A stretch of 64,000 nt of DNA from a virus (lineage: Duplodnaviria; Caudoviricetes), in IMG/VR virus record IMGVR_UViG_3300046170_000287, positions 643-64,642 of that record; one strand, written 5' to 3'. A program made the position numbers and the translations under genes. Positions 44,292 through 54,252 of this stretch are shown in pieces (positions within the stretch are counted from its first letter, which is position 1; the number at the start of each line of letters is the position of its first letter). The notes under the pieces were generated by a model. It made no database searches. It was not told the DNA's origin and saw nothing but the letters and a program-made list of their open reading frames with translations.

Positions 44292-47200
44292 TATGGTCCT
44301 TTAAGGAATTGTTGATTTGCGCCACCCGGATTATTATAGCCTGTAGCTAAAGGATATCTGTCTTGCTGTGCGCCCAAACCTTGTGATCCTGGTTGATAAC
44401 CAGCTCCAGGAAAAACGTCATTGTTTCCATTTCCATAAAAATTGATATCTACACTGGAAGTTCCTAGTGATGAAAAAGAAACTGGCACAGTGCTTCCTGG
44501 GATATTTAAAGGGTTTATTGTTTCTGTGCTTTTAAATATCTGAAATCGCGTTGAGTTTGGCGCGTTGCCGCTATTAAAATATTGAAAAACACAATTTAAT
44601 AAAGCGCCATTATTGTAGTCATAAGTGCCTGTTGCTGTTGGAGGTGTTGGATTTTGTTGACCTGGTGTAACATCAACAGCTTGTTGATTATTAGTAGGAT
44701 CAAATCCATCAACTTCCCCAATTATAGCCCATGAAGAAAAACTATAACTTCCAGTAGGTTGACTTTGCTGTGAACTTACAGACCAAGACGCAAAATTATA
44801 AGGTTGAGTTCCATCTGGTTTTATAAAACCAACATCAGCCGTAGCGGTGTTGTTTGGAGGTGTGTTGGATGGAACTATGACTTGAGCGCTAGGGGAGTTG
44901 GGTAAGTTGTTTGGCATTAAAAGTCTTCCGTATATGTAATACTTACCACTAAATGGAGGATTACCCTGCTGCGGTCTAGTATAGTTAAGTATTTGAAAAT
45001 AAGTGGTTCTAACTTTTGTAGCATCAAACCCTGGATTCATACCCCACGACGTAGAGTTTGGATCGGTTGCTTCATTAGGATTATTAAATTCACCATCGTT
45101 TCCACCGCTTCCAAATAATTCAAGATAGGTTCCTAGATCAACTCCATTAGTGTCTTTATCAAAAAATCTATATCTTAAATCTGTAAAATCTTGTTGACCT
45201 ACAATCCAATTTATAACAACTTCTTCAGTTTGACTACTAGTATCTTTTAAAACCATAGTAGCGTTGTATTGACCAGCGCCACCCACAGTGCTACTCTGTG
45301 TTGTATCTACTCCTTCACTGTTTATCATTTGTAAAGTAAACCGTTGTTTAAAAACACCACCAGAATTTACGCGAGGTGCTTGAAACGTTATATTAACAAT
45401 GTCTTGTGGAAGTCCAGCATATTGTGTTGAGCCCACGACCCAGCTTGAATCCCAAGTGGTAACATCTCCAAGCCCATTTGTTTTTACAACTCTATCTACA
45501 CTCCAACCGTAGCCAGTATTTTGAGTTTCAGGACTTACACCAGTAGCAAACATTACTTGATCATTTCCAGTAGACTGCGGTGGTGAGCCGCTGGGACTTG
45601 CTAAAGTTGCAGAGCCATTAGCTCCACCTGGTGATATCGGTGCGGTGTTGGTTACATTATGAGAACAAATAGTTTTACCATCACTGTAATCTAATATATT
45701 TCCTGTTGGAATAAAATTAGGATCACTTATTACAGGATCTGAATTAGTAAGTTGAAGCGTTACATTTCTTTCTACAACAGTATTATTAGCCATTGTAAAC
45801 GCTATTCTTGCTAAGTATCTACCTCTTTGATCCGCACAGGTATCAGGTTCTAAAGGAGTTGGGTTTGCTCCAGCAGGCTGACCAGCGTAAAAAGTTTTTG
45901 CAGTCTGTATGGTATAACCACCAACTCCGCCATTAACTAACGTGAATGATGGATTAAATGTATCAGCATAATCTACACTAGTATCTAAATTTCCTTGAGT
46001 ATCATGATTAAATATAGTAACAAACTCACCAGTTGTATCAGTTAAACTAACACCATTTTCTTGAGGAAAAAACGGACTTGTTATAGTAGTACCTACTACA
46101 GTGCTTTCTGGAAAATTAACATTAACAGGCGTTACATTTGTTATTATATCGTTATCATTTGCTATATCATTATTAATATCTGATATTAAACCTCCAGTTG
46201 AAGTCTCGTAGAACAATTCTAAATTAGAAACAAAAGGTGATGTCTCTACAATAGATAAACTAAGATTTGGAGAATAAGGATAATTACCTCTTGTAGTCGA
46301 TCCAGCCGCTTCAGGAGCAGTATATAAACCTGTAGTTAATCCAATTGGTTCTGATGAAGTAAATTTTACAACCTGAGGTTTTTGATCGTAATTATATATT
46401 GCGTTATTATTTAAAAAAGGTGGTACCTGACCTGGTACAACTACGCCCTGATCATCAACCTCCTCGGGCCCAATACTTGGAAATGCATCATCTATACCAC
46501 CCACTAAGTCTGCTCTATCAGCTGTTGACGCTGGTAAAAACTGCTTATTAGTTATAAGCTCATATTCAGTGTTACCGCTAAATGTAGTAAAAAAAGCAGC
46601 TTGATTTTCAACTCTTGGAAAAACAGCAGAATCACTTGTAAATTGATTTTGTATAGGTCCAACCTCTTGTAGGTTTCTAGGTATTTTGTTTATGTTATCA
46701 GCTACTAAAGTTGAAAAATAAATTTCATTTATTTCTACCTCGCTAGGTATAGGTGTGCCACCAGCGCCTGCGCCACTAGTAAATATAGGATAACCATTTA
46801 TAAAACCTGGTAAATACGCATTATAATAGTCCTGCTCTTTTTGTTTTATACCTACTCTGTACGTATAAAAACCAAGAGGATTTATATCATAACTAGCAAA
46901 AGTTCTAACAGCAGATAAAGAAGGGGGATTTTGAGCTGCTGGCGTAGCGTTAAATAAATATTTTATTGATATTTGTTCTTTTGTTTCAAATATAACGCCA
47001 TAAGGTTCTGTATGACCGGCATCTACTGGTGTGACAGAAGTAGTTTCAGTATAGTCTATGTATTCACCTGTCCATTTTTTACCTACAGCAAAATAGCTAG
47101 TATAAGTGTTAGCAAAATTAGGGAATAAAGGCGTTTGTGTAAATGATCCTCCAGCTTGGTATTTATGTCTTCTGTTAGGGCCATATAATATTTCTACTTT

Positions 47201-49615
47201 GACATTAGTTCTTACGGGTAAAGCATTATTAAATGTTACCCTTAAAAAAGGACCACTAGTTGCTATAACATAATCAAACGCAGCACCTAGCGCCTGTAAA
47301 GCCCAACCATTTCCATTTTGATTTGTATATACGTTTAAAACATTATTTGTATCAATAGCGCTTGCGTATTGTAGTTTTGTACCAAAAATAGTGTTAGCTT
47401 GACCCGTTGGATAACCTGGAAAAGAAGAATCAGAAGGATCTTCTACGCTAAAGAAATTTTCGCTTTCACTTAAAAAATAAGGTCCTGGTCCACCGGATGG
47501 ATTTACATCAAAATAATTTCCTTGAGCATAAGCCCCAGGATAACCACTAATACCATTAGATTCTATTTCTTCTGGTATTTGTTGTAAATAATTAATAGTA
47601 GCGTTGTCACCTCTCCAATCTGTTAAACCATTACTACTAGCACTTGAAAAACTTAAAGGCTTGTATGTACTAAATATATTAGAACCTGGTTGTGGATTTC
47701 CATTATTGTCTAAAAGGCCATCATAGTTAGATAAAACTATATCTGTTTGTCTTCCATATTTATCTGCTAATACAAAACCTACTTGATAGTTTCTATTTTG
47801 TTTTAAACTGTGTTGAGGATATTCTTCAAAATCTTGCTCACTTTTTTGGTTTGTTCCTATGTAATAAAACAAACCATTTGGAGCGCTATTTCCTTCAATG
47901 TAGTTGCCATAAATAACTCTATTGCCAGCTGTTTCTTGTGCTAGTGCTCTAACTGGAACTTTATCAAATGTTCTAGTAGACTCAAAACTAGGTAGTGTTT
48001 TTACAGGTTCTTTAGACTGATAAGAATATTGAAAAATATTTGTATAATTTAAAGAACTTATAAAGTCAGCATTAACTTTTATGGTTTCTAAAATTTGATA
48101 ATTAGATGAATCACTTGCTTTAAATAAAACATCTATATCTGTTATTTTGTAATCATTTATTATATCTATGCTAGGTAGTTCTATATTTAAAACAGCATTG
48201 TTTATACTGTTTTCCATAAATCTTACAACAGTTGTAACAAAAGCGTCATTTTGATCATTGTTTAAAAAATAACCATCTTGTTTAGGTATAAAAACATCTT
48301 GACTCCACGGTGCAACAACAGAGTATTCATTATCATCAAATTTAAATCTATAACTAAATCTAGCAAATTTTTCTGTTAAAAAATCAGGATCACCATTCCA
48401 TCCGGTGTATGCTGGTTCTTTTACAACTCTTACAGAATAACCTTGTGTAGGATCTAAAATTGTTGGGAATTGAACAGCCTGATTAGCATCTTCAATTCGT
48501 AGACCCAAATTATTAGCGCCTGCTACTATAGGATCACTATTCCAATATGTTGTTTGTGTTCCAAGTTTTTCAAACGCAAGTTGACTTGATACAACTTTAC
48601 GCGATCCAGCTGGTTTAGCATTAAAACCTTGAGCGTTCGTGCCAACAGGAGTATCCCAAAGATCAGTGGATTTCATGTTTAAACCATTAGTACTACTAGG
48701 CGCACCAGCAGCATTTTGCGCTAAAGAAACCCAGTTTGCTTGTGTTGGTATTCCAAAACCTATAGGTGCTAATCCTCTAGAATCCATTACAGCATACTTG
48801 TTGTAAAGAAGACCGTAGATTTCTCCATTGCCTGGATTGTTATCATAATAACACCAAGCACCTACGCCAGCGGCACCAGCAGCGTTCCAATCAGTTATTG
48901 AGTTTCCGTCTACTATTGAATCTCCGTTTCTGTATTTCTTAACAGCTAGATTAGATGTGGAAATAACAAATGGAATCATGCTAGTTGTAAACGGGTCAGA
49001 AGCATCTGACATGGTAGAAGGAAGCACTGTTTCTTCTGGTAAAAATGGATTAGCAACTACACCCCTAAGGTTTATAAAATGAGGTGGAGAATTTGGTGCA
49101 AATTTAGCTACAGATATTTGATCTTCATTATAATAATAACTATTATTTGCTGAAGCTATGTCTACATTTATTTTTCTTGGTTGATTTTTATTGTCAGTAA
49201 AAAATAACAAATTTTCAATTAAATTAATAGCGTTGACTCTATTTTGTGTAGAAAAATTTAACCAACTACCAGATACTAAAGTTTGAATAGAACCAGCAGT
49301 TTCTGTAAATACATCTATAGAACAATATGCTGATGAGGGCGCCGTATCAAAACCTGTATAATCTGTTTTAAAAACAAATGCTCTAGCATTACTTTCATCT
49401 ACATAAACACCAATTATAACAGCATTTACTCCAGCTGGATTATTATTAGATATTAAAAAATTACCAGGTATAGATTCTAAAGCACCTACATCACTTGCTT
49501 CTGATCTAGACACAGCAACGTTTAAAGCATCTCTATATTGATTGCTAGGTATTAATCTTTCGTCTAGGTCTTTGTTCATTTTAGACCCGATGAAACTGTT
49601 TTTAGATTCGGCCAT
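44291..49615 (-). CDS. Large tail stabilisation (nozzle/muzzle-like) protein with an inserted Fib_succ_major-like domain
   Basis: KMNKDLDERL...YRDALN, LLFFTDNKNQPRKINV, RFSYRFKFDDNEYS, GNRVIYGNY; insert WCYY...YGLLYN...GYSVRVVKE. Confidence 0.7.
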   Translation of the reverse strand: MAESKNSFIGSKMNKDLDERLIPSNQYRDALNVAVSRSEASDVGALESIPGNFLISNNNPAGVNAVIIGVYVDESNARAFVFKTDYTGFDTAPSSAYCSIDVFTETAGSIQTLVSGSWLNFSTQNRVNAINLIENLLFFTDNKNQPRKINVDIASANNSYYYNEDQISVAKFAPNSPPHFINLRGVVANPFLPEETVLPSTMSDASDPFTTSMIPFVISTSNLAVKKYRNGDSIVDGNSITDWNAAGAAGVGAWCYYDNNPGNGEIYGLLYNKYAVMDSRGLAPIGFGIPTQANWVSLAQNAAGAPSSTNGLNMKSTDLWDTPVGTNAQGFNAKPAGSRKVVSSQLAFEKLGTQTTYWNSDPIVAGANNLGLRIEDANQAVQFPTILDPTQGYSVRVVKEPAYTGWNGDPDFLTEKFARFSYRFKFDDNEYSVVAPWSQDVFIPKQDGYFLNNDQNDAFVTTVVRFMENSINNAVLNIELPSIDIINDYKITDIDVLFKASDSSNYQILETIKVNADFISSLNYTNIFQYSYQSKEPVKTLPSFESTRTFDKVPVRALAQETAGNRVIYGNYIEGNSAPNGLFYYIGTNQKSEQDFEEYPQHSLKQNRNYQVGFVLADKYGRQTDIVLSNYDGLLDNNGNPQPGSNIFSTYKPLSFSSASSNGLTDWRGDNATINYLQQIPEEIESNGISGYPGAYAQGNYFDVNPSGGPGPYFLSESENFFSVEDPSDSSFPGYPTGQANTIFGTKLQYASAIDTNNVLNVYTNQNGNGWALQALGAAFDYVIATSGPFLRVTFNNALPVRTNVKVEILYGPNRRHKYQAGGSFTQTPLFPNFANTYTSYFAVGKKWTGEYIDYTETTSVTPVDAGHTEPYGVIFETKEQISIKYLFNATPAAQNPPSLSAVRTFASYDINPLGFYTYRVGIKQKEQDYYNAYLPGFINGYPIFTSGAGAGGTPIPSEVEINEIYFSTLVADNINKIPRNLQEVGPIQNQFTSDSAVFPRVENQAAFFTTFSGNTEYELITNKQFLPASTADRADLVGGIDDAFPSIGPEEVDDQGVVVPGQVPPFLNNNAIYNYDQKPQVVKFTSSEPIGLTTGLYTAPEAAGSTTRGNYPYSPNLSLSIVETSPFVSNLELFYETSTGGLISDINNDIANDNDIITNVTPVNVNFPESTVVGTTITSPFFPQENGVSLTDTTGEFVTIFNHDTQGNLDTSVDYADTFNPSFTLVNGGVGGYTIQTAKTFYAGQPAGANPTPLEPDTCADQRGRYLARIAFTMANNTVVERNVTLQLTNSDPVISDPNFIPTGNILDYSDGKTICSHNVTNTAPISPGGANGSATLASPSGSPPQSTGNDQVMFATGVSPETQNTGYGWSVDRVVKTNGLGDVTTWDSSWVVGSTQYAGLPQDIVNITFQAPRVNSGGVFKQRFTLQMINSEGVDTTQSSTVGGAGQYNATMVLKDTSSQTEEVVINWIVGQQDFTDLRYRFFDKDTNGVDLGTYLELFGSGGNDGEFNNPNEATDPNSTSWGMNPGFDATKVRTTYFQILNYTRPQQGNPPFSGKYYIYGRLLMPNNLPNSPSAQVIVPSNTPPNNTATADVGFIKPDGTQPYNFASWSVSSQQSQPTGSYSFSSWAIIGEVDGFDPTNNQQAVDVTPGQQNPTPPTATGTYDYNNGALLNCVFQYFNSGNAPNSTRFQIFKSTETINPLNIPGSTVPVSFSSLGTSSVDINFYGNGNNDVFPGAGYQPGSQGLGAQQDRYPLATGYNNPGGANQQFLKGP

Positions 49616-49621
49616 TAAATT

Positions 49622-50860
49622 CTAGTGTTTTATCCATTTAGATTTACCTCTCATAACTTGATTTATTTCATCAAGCTTAATATTAGATAATCTTATTTTT
49701 GCGTTTCTAAGTTTAGCTCTTTTTTCCTTTTTAAGTCTTTGAACAATATACTCAGGTTGACCAAGTCTAGTAGATATTATAGCGTGAAGTATGTAGGCGT
49801 ACATAGCTTCTTCTGCCATTTTAGGTACTTTAGAATCTAAATCATACGCTAAACCGTCTGATATGTATTCTAAAATAATTAATTTATCTTTTAAGTTACT
49901 AGAAAAAGAAACTTTACCTTCTCTTTCGTTCATATTAAACCAGCCGTTTACTTGACTATACTGAGGATCTAAACCGTATTGTTGACCGTAAAACAAACCA
50001 TTATCAAAACCATAGTAATTTGCCCAATAAGCAAACTCATCTAGATTATTAAAAAAGTTTTGATTTATCAACGAATCATTAGCGTTTTTCCATCTCTCTA
50101 CTGTTATAGATGTTCCTTCTGTATTTTCACCAAAATTATCTTGAGTTGGAATACCTAAGTTATCTTGTGTAGGTGTTTCATAAGGACTTTTTGTTAAATT
50201 ATTTGCTGGATATATAGGTCTTTTAACACCTAGTTGATCTATCCAAGAAAAATTTACATAGTTAACATAGTCTTGTGGAAGTGCTAAACTTAAGCTAGGT
50301 GGTATAGTTAATTCTTGAGAGCTTATACTTTTTAAAGTGTCATAACTAAACTCTTGCATTGCTCTTTTAGCATGAAATATAACATCAGTTCTTTTTACGT
50401 TTGGTATAAGTTTTTGCATACCTACGTAAGCAACCATGAAATTGTTTATAACGTCATTTACTTTTACGTATTGATAACTACCATAGTTTTCTTCAACAGT
50501 ATCTCCATATGCTTTTTCAGCTTCTGTTTGACCGTAATTACCACCGTCTAATCTTTTTAACTGCACCGCTATATATATACTAGCGGTTAGTGCTCCAGTT
50601 ATAGTTATAACGTTTTTACTAACTGTATAATCACTAGTATACTCTGACCAACTGTTTGGATTTGGCATACCAGTTGTACTAGTGTATATTTTAAAATTAT
50701 TTAATGCATAATTAACATCACTAGGATTGTAACTTCCAAAAATTAAATCTGTGTTGAAAGTAGTTGTAAACTTTTGACCGCTAAGAGTCCCGCTTGCTGC
50801 GCCTCTAAAAGCTTGTACGCCTTGGTAATATTGTTCGTTATTTTCTGTTATTAAACCCAT
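49622..50860 (-). CDS. Head-tail connector / tail ring structural protein
   Basis: Position; LPQDYVNYV, LEYISDG, AKLRNAKIRLS. Confidence 0.55.
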   Translation of the reverse strand: MGLITENNEQYYQGVQAFRGAASGTLSGQKFTTTFNTDLIFGSYNPSDVNYALNNFKIYTSTTGMPNPNSWSEYTSDYTVSKNVITITGALTASIYIAVQLKRLDGGNYGQTEAEKAYGDTVEENYGSYQYVKVNDVINNFMVAYVGMQKLIPNVKRTDVIFHAKRAMQEFSYDTLKSISSQELTIPPSLSLALPQDYVNYVNFSWIDQLGVKRPIYPANNLTKSPYETPTQDNLGIPTQDNFGENTEGTSITVERWKNANDSLINQNFFNNLDEFAYWANYYGFDNGLFYGQQYGLDPQYSQVNGWFNMNEREGKVSFSSNLKDKLIILEYISDGLAYDLDSKVPKMAEEAMYAYILHAIISTRLGQPEYIVQRLKKEKRAKLRNAKIRLSNIKLDEINQVMRGKSKWIKH

Positions 50861-50866
50861 GTGCTA

Positions 50867-51796
50867 TTAATTTCTTGCGTTAGCTTTTTCTTGTGCAACT
50901 TCTCTAGCCGCAACATCAATTATAGTAGGATCTTTTATTACAACACCAGCATATAATAATATTTTTAAAATAACATTTGTTTGCTCGGTAGGTTCAAGCT
51001 CAAAATCAATTGAACTAGAAGGATCCCACACATAATAACCCGTAGAAGATGTGAAGTTCCATAAAACATCATTTGGTTTTCTTATATAACTAGCCTGCAC
51101 TTCTGAAGATATGCTTTGAGGATATATTATTATATTATTGTTTTCGTATAAATACACTGGATAATGCAAAGAGGGTTTTGTTAGTGTTGATAAATTTAAT
51201 TTAGCTAATTGATTTCTTTCAACTCTTTCAACTTCTTTATCTTGCTCAAATATAACAGTACCTAGTTTATAAAAATCACTAGGATAAAGAGTTATTAATA
51301 TTACATCACCAGCATTAGGAATACTACCTGTTAAATTAAAAAAACCGCCAGTTATATTAAAACTACTATAAGATTGCCCGTTTAAAGTAACTACTACAAC
51401 ACTTTGCTCTACTTGAGCTTGAGTTATTGTAGTTAAAGCAAAAGATGTTGTTAAAGGATTTGTTACAGCGTATGTGTATGTTTGAGTTCCGCTTGCTACA
51501 CCTGAAGAAGATGGTGGTGTAAATAATTTAGTTAAACCAGCGCCATTGTAATTACAGTCGCCAATTTGCTTAAAAATGTCTAGTTTTTGTTGAACATTAC
51601 TATACCTGTCCCCGTATTCACTTTCATTTTGAGAAAAATTAGACTGTTGATAAATAGTTTGAAAATACTCTTCAACAGTTTCTAGTTGAACTTGAGTGGC
51701 TATTTTATTAAACTCATTAGGAGTCATATAACCCCTTTGTTCTTTATTTATAATTAATAAGACTGTTTTATATACCGTATCTACGTTTATAGCCAT
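50867..51796 (-). CDS. Head-tail adaptor / ring structural protein
   Basis: Position after the capsid genes; NKEQRGYMTPNEFN, YIRKP. Confidence 0.55.
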   Translation of the reverse strand: MAINVDTVYKTVLLIINKEQRGYMTPNEFNKIATQVQLETVEEYFQTIYQQSNFSQNESEYGDRYSNVQQKLDIFKQIGDCNYNGAGLTKLFTPPSSSGVASGTQTYTYAVTNPLTTSFALTTITQAQVEQSVVVVTLNGQSYSSFNITGGFFNLTGSIPNAGDVILITLYPSDFYKLGTVIFEQDKEVERVERNQLAKLNLSTLTKPSLHYPVYLYENNNIIIYPQSISSEVQASYIRKPNDVLWNFTSSTGYYVWDPSSSIDFELEPTEQTNVILKILLYAGVVIKDPTIIDVAAREVAQEKANARN

Positions 51797-51810
51797 TTTT
51801 TATTTTTTAT

Positions 51811-51849
51811 ATACTATAAAGGCGGCCGAAACCGCCTATATTATAGTAT
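51811..51849 (-). terminator. Extended hairpin overlapping a late-type promoter
   Basis: ATACTATAA-AGGCGG-CCGAAA-CCGCCT-ATA-TTATAGTAT. Confidence 0.55.
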
Positions 51850-51873
51850 CACTTGTTTTTATAGTTTTTTATC
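51841..51873 (-). promoter_or_regulatory. Late-type promoter motif (AAGTGATACTATAA)
   Basis: Copy of the repeated motif. Confidence 0.55.
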
Positions 51874-52674
51874 TATAGACTTATAGATCTCAACACCTTC
51901 ATCTGTTTTTAAGAAAGCAGCAAATGCTGAGTAAGGGTTTTCGTCAAAAGGTACATTCATTAGTTTTCTACCGTTTGATCCCCATGTAAATGTTCTTTGA
52001 TCACCTGATAGATTAATTATACCAGCTTCAGCAGCTCTAATAGCTGTATTTCTTAATTGAACATTGTCATCATTAGCTAAGCTAATAAATAATTGTGGGT
52101 TAGATCTCGCGAATAAACGTATGTCTCTTTTAAGTTCTTTAGAGCTCATGTCATTTACTTTTGAGCCAACTTCTACTCTTAAAATAGCTTCAATTTGATC
52201 TATCTCCATATTTCTAGCTGCATTTAAAGCATCAATCTGCATGTCTAAAACATCTAATTGATCTTCAGCTTCTGCCACAGCACTAAACTCTTCATATAAC
52301 TTACCTTTTAAAGGGTGGTATAAAGATAATAGTTTTTGTAGATTTTGTTTTTCTTTAGGAACACGTAAAGATCCGTCAATAAATCTAATGTGACCCATTG
52401 TGCATTCACCTTTTTGCTCATCTACTAGTGGTGAATCTTGATTTGTAGCATATCTTATTTCTCTTTGTTTACCTGTTTTTGTGTCAAAATAAAGTAAAGC
52501 GTGTTTTCTAGTATGCTTACCAGGTATTGTAAGAGTTAAAGGAGATTTATTTCCTTTTAAATAATAAATTCTATCTTTAATTTCCCACTCATTTTTTGTG
52601 GGTTTAGGAGCGGTTTTTACCGCAACCTCTTGAGGTGCAACCTCAATAGTTTCTGCTGTAGCTTTTTTAGCCAT
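51859..52674 (-). CDS. Capsid-region hypothetical protein
   Basis: Directly downstream of the major capsid gene. Confidence 0.65.
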   Translation of the reverse strand: MAKKATAETIEVAPQEVAVKTAPKPTKNEWEIKDRIYYLKGNKSPLTLTIPGKHTRKHALLYFDTKTGKQREIRYATNQDSPLVDEQKGECTMGHIRFIDGSLRVPKEKQNLQKLLSLYHPLKGKLYEEFSAVAEAEDQLDVLDMQIDALNAARNMEIDQIEAILRVEVGSKVNDMSSKELKRDIRLFARSNPQLFISLANDDNVQLRNTAIRAAEAGIINLSGDQRTFTWGSNGRKLMNVPFDENPYSAFAAFLKTDEGVEIYKSIDKKL

Positions 52675-52697
52675 AATATAATAAAATTAAATAGTTA

Positions 52698-52734
52698 TAA
52701 AAATAATACCCCGCCCGAAGACGGGGATATTATT
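52698..52734 (-). terminator. Intrinsic terminator after the major capsid gene
   Basis: AATAATACCCCG/CGGGGATATTATT stem, followed by a T-run on the minus strand. Confidence 0.75.
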
Positions 52735-52749
52735 AAGTTTGAATCATTA

Positions 52750-54237
52750 TTAGATTCCTTTGAATAATACAAAGTTGTTAGCAGCTTGTGTTACTAAACA
52801 TCTTTCAGATAGGAAGTTTACTTCCATAGCATCTAATGTAGATGTAAACGCTCCACCAGCAGAACCAGTCAACCAAGACTTCATACGACGATCATCAGCT
52901 TGTGAAGCTCTGTATCGTACATGTAAGAAAGGTCTACGTATGTTAGTTCCTAATACTTGATCGTATACTGTTGATGTTCCAGCAGGTACTAATACACCTT
53001 CAATAGAACTAATTCCAGCCATACCTCCACGAGTAGAAGCATCGTTCAAATATTTCCAGTCAGTTTTGTAGAAATCATAAGATCCTCTACGGAAACCACT
53101 AAATCCAAGATTTAATGCCATTTCCTCAGAGTTTTCAAATAAACCAAAAGCAGTACCACCGGCAGTTCCACCAGAGATCGCAGCTAGCATATCATCAAAA
53201 TCAAGAGCTGTTTGTCTTTGTAAGAAAAGCATATTTTCTTCAATAGCGCCTTGAGTATCTAAGTTTTTCAAAATAGCGTCAAATTCGTCTAGTCCAGCAG
53301 CAGCAGTGAATCCTACTTCTACGTTACCACGAGCTTGAATAGCAGCAAAAAGACCTTCTGATCCTCTTTGTGTTGCTCCACCTACAGTGTCAAATTCAGC
53401 TTCAACCATAGACATTTCTAGGTAATCTTCAAAACGTAGTCTTGTTTCAGACTCAGCTTTTAAATACCATAAATATCCAGATGTTCCGTCTTCAGTAGCA
53501 ACTTCAACCCAACCAATCTGTGCCATATCAGAACCATTAACTACGTATTGGCTTCTTAGGATAATTGGTGAATTAGAAAATTGTGTAAACTGAGGCTCAA
53601 CTGAAATTCTAGCTTGGTTTGCACCACCTGCGGCAAAAGCTCCGTCCATATCTTGTCCTTTAGCGTATTGAGAACCGTAAACAAATACTTTAGCACCAGT
53701 AGTAGCAGCAGCTCCAGCAGCAATACCACCTATTTGAACATTGTCAAATGGTTGTACTACGATATCTTCAGCCGCAAGACCAGATCCAGCGTATGCACCA
53801 GAGTTAGTTACGATAGCTTTGCTTTCCTCACCTGTTACAGGGTTTAAGAAAACAATAGTATCATTGATCGAAATAACATTAGCTAATCCAGCAGTACCAG
53901 CTACAAATAAGGTAATAGTACTTGTAGTACCAGCTGCGTTAACAACTTCTACGCCTTTATAGCTAATATGTAATCTGTTTTGCTCAGACCAAATTACTTG
54001 ATCAGATGTCATTGGCATTTCAGCGCCAACCATTCTCAAGAATCCAGATAACGTTCTGTTTCCATAACGCTCTACTTCTTGTTCATAGATCTCAGGTAGA
54101 TACTGTTGAGCAAAAGTGTCACCACCATTACCAGCGCCAGCAGCACCGGCAGGATCATTAAATTGTAGGTAGTTGCTATTTAAAATCTCTTGCGTTTGCG
54201 AAGGGACTAAACTACCAAATTGAGGAGTTAAACTCAT
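52750..54237 (-). CDS. Major capsid protein
   Basis: Follows portal and scaffold, followed by a terminator; WSEQNRLH, SEGLFAAI, NLGFSGFRRGSYDFYK. Confidence 0.8.
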   Translation of the reverse strand: MSLTPQFGSLVPSQTQEILNSNYLQFNDPAGAAGAGNGGDTFAQQYLPEIYEQEVERYGNRTLSGFLRMVGAEMPMTSDQVIWSEQNRLHISYKGVEVVNAAGTTSTITLFVAGTAGLANVISINDTIVFLNPVTGEESKAIVTNSGAYAGSGLAAEDIVVQPFDNVQIGGIAAGAAATTGAKVFVYGSQYAKGQDMDGAFAAGGANQARISVEPQFTQFSNSPIILRSQYVVNGSDMAQIGWVEVATEDGTSGYLWYLKAESETRLRFEDYLEMSMVEAEFDTVGGATQRGSEGLFAAIQARGNVEVGFTAAAGLDEFDAILKNLDTQGAIEENMLFLQRQTALDFDDMLAAISGGTAGGTAFGLFENSEEMALNLGFSGFRRGSYDFYKTDWKYLNDASTRGGMAGISSIEGVLVPAGTSTVYDQVLGTNIRRPFLHVRYRASQADDRRMKSWLTGSAGGAFTSTLDAMEVNFLSERCLVTQAANNFVLFKGI

Positions 54238-54252
54238 AATTTTAAGTTTTTA

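Noticed and set aside
44291-49615. Diversity-generating retroelement targeting the CLec-like domain
   Set aside because: No reverse transcriptase and no template/variable repeat pair visible in the window
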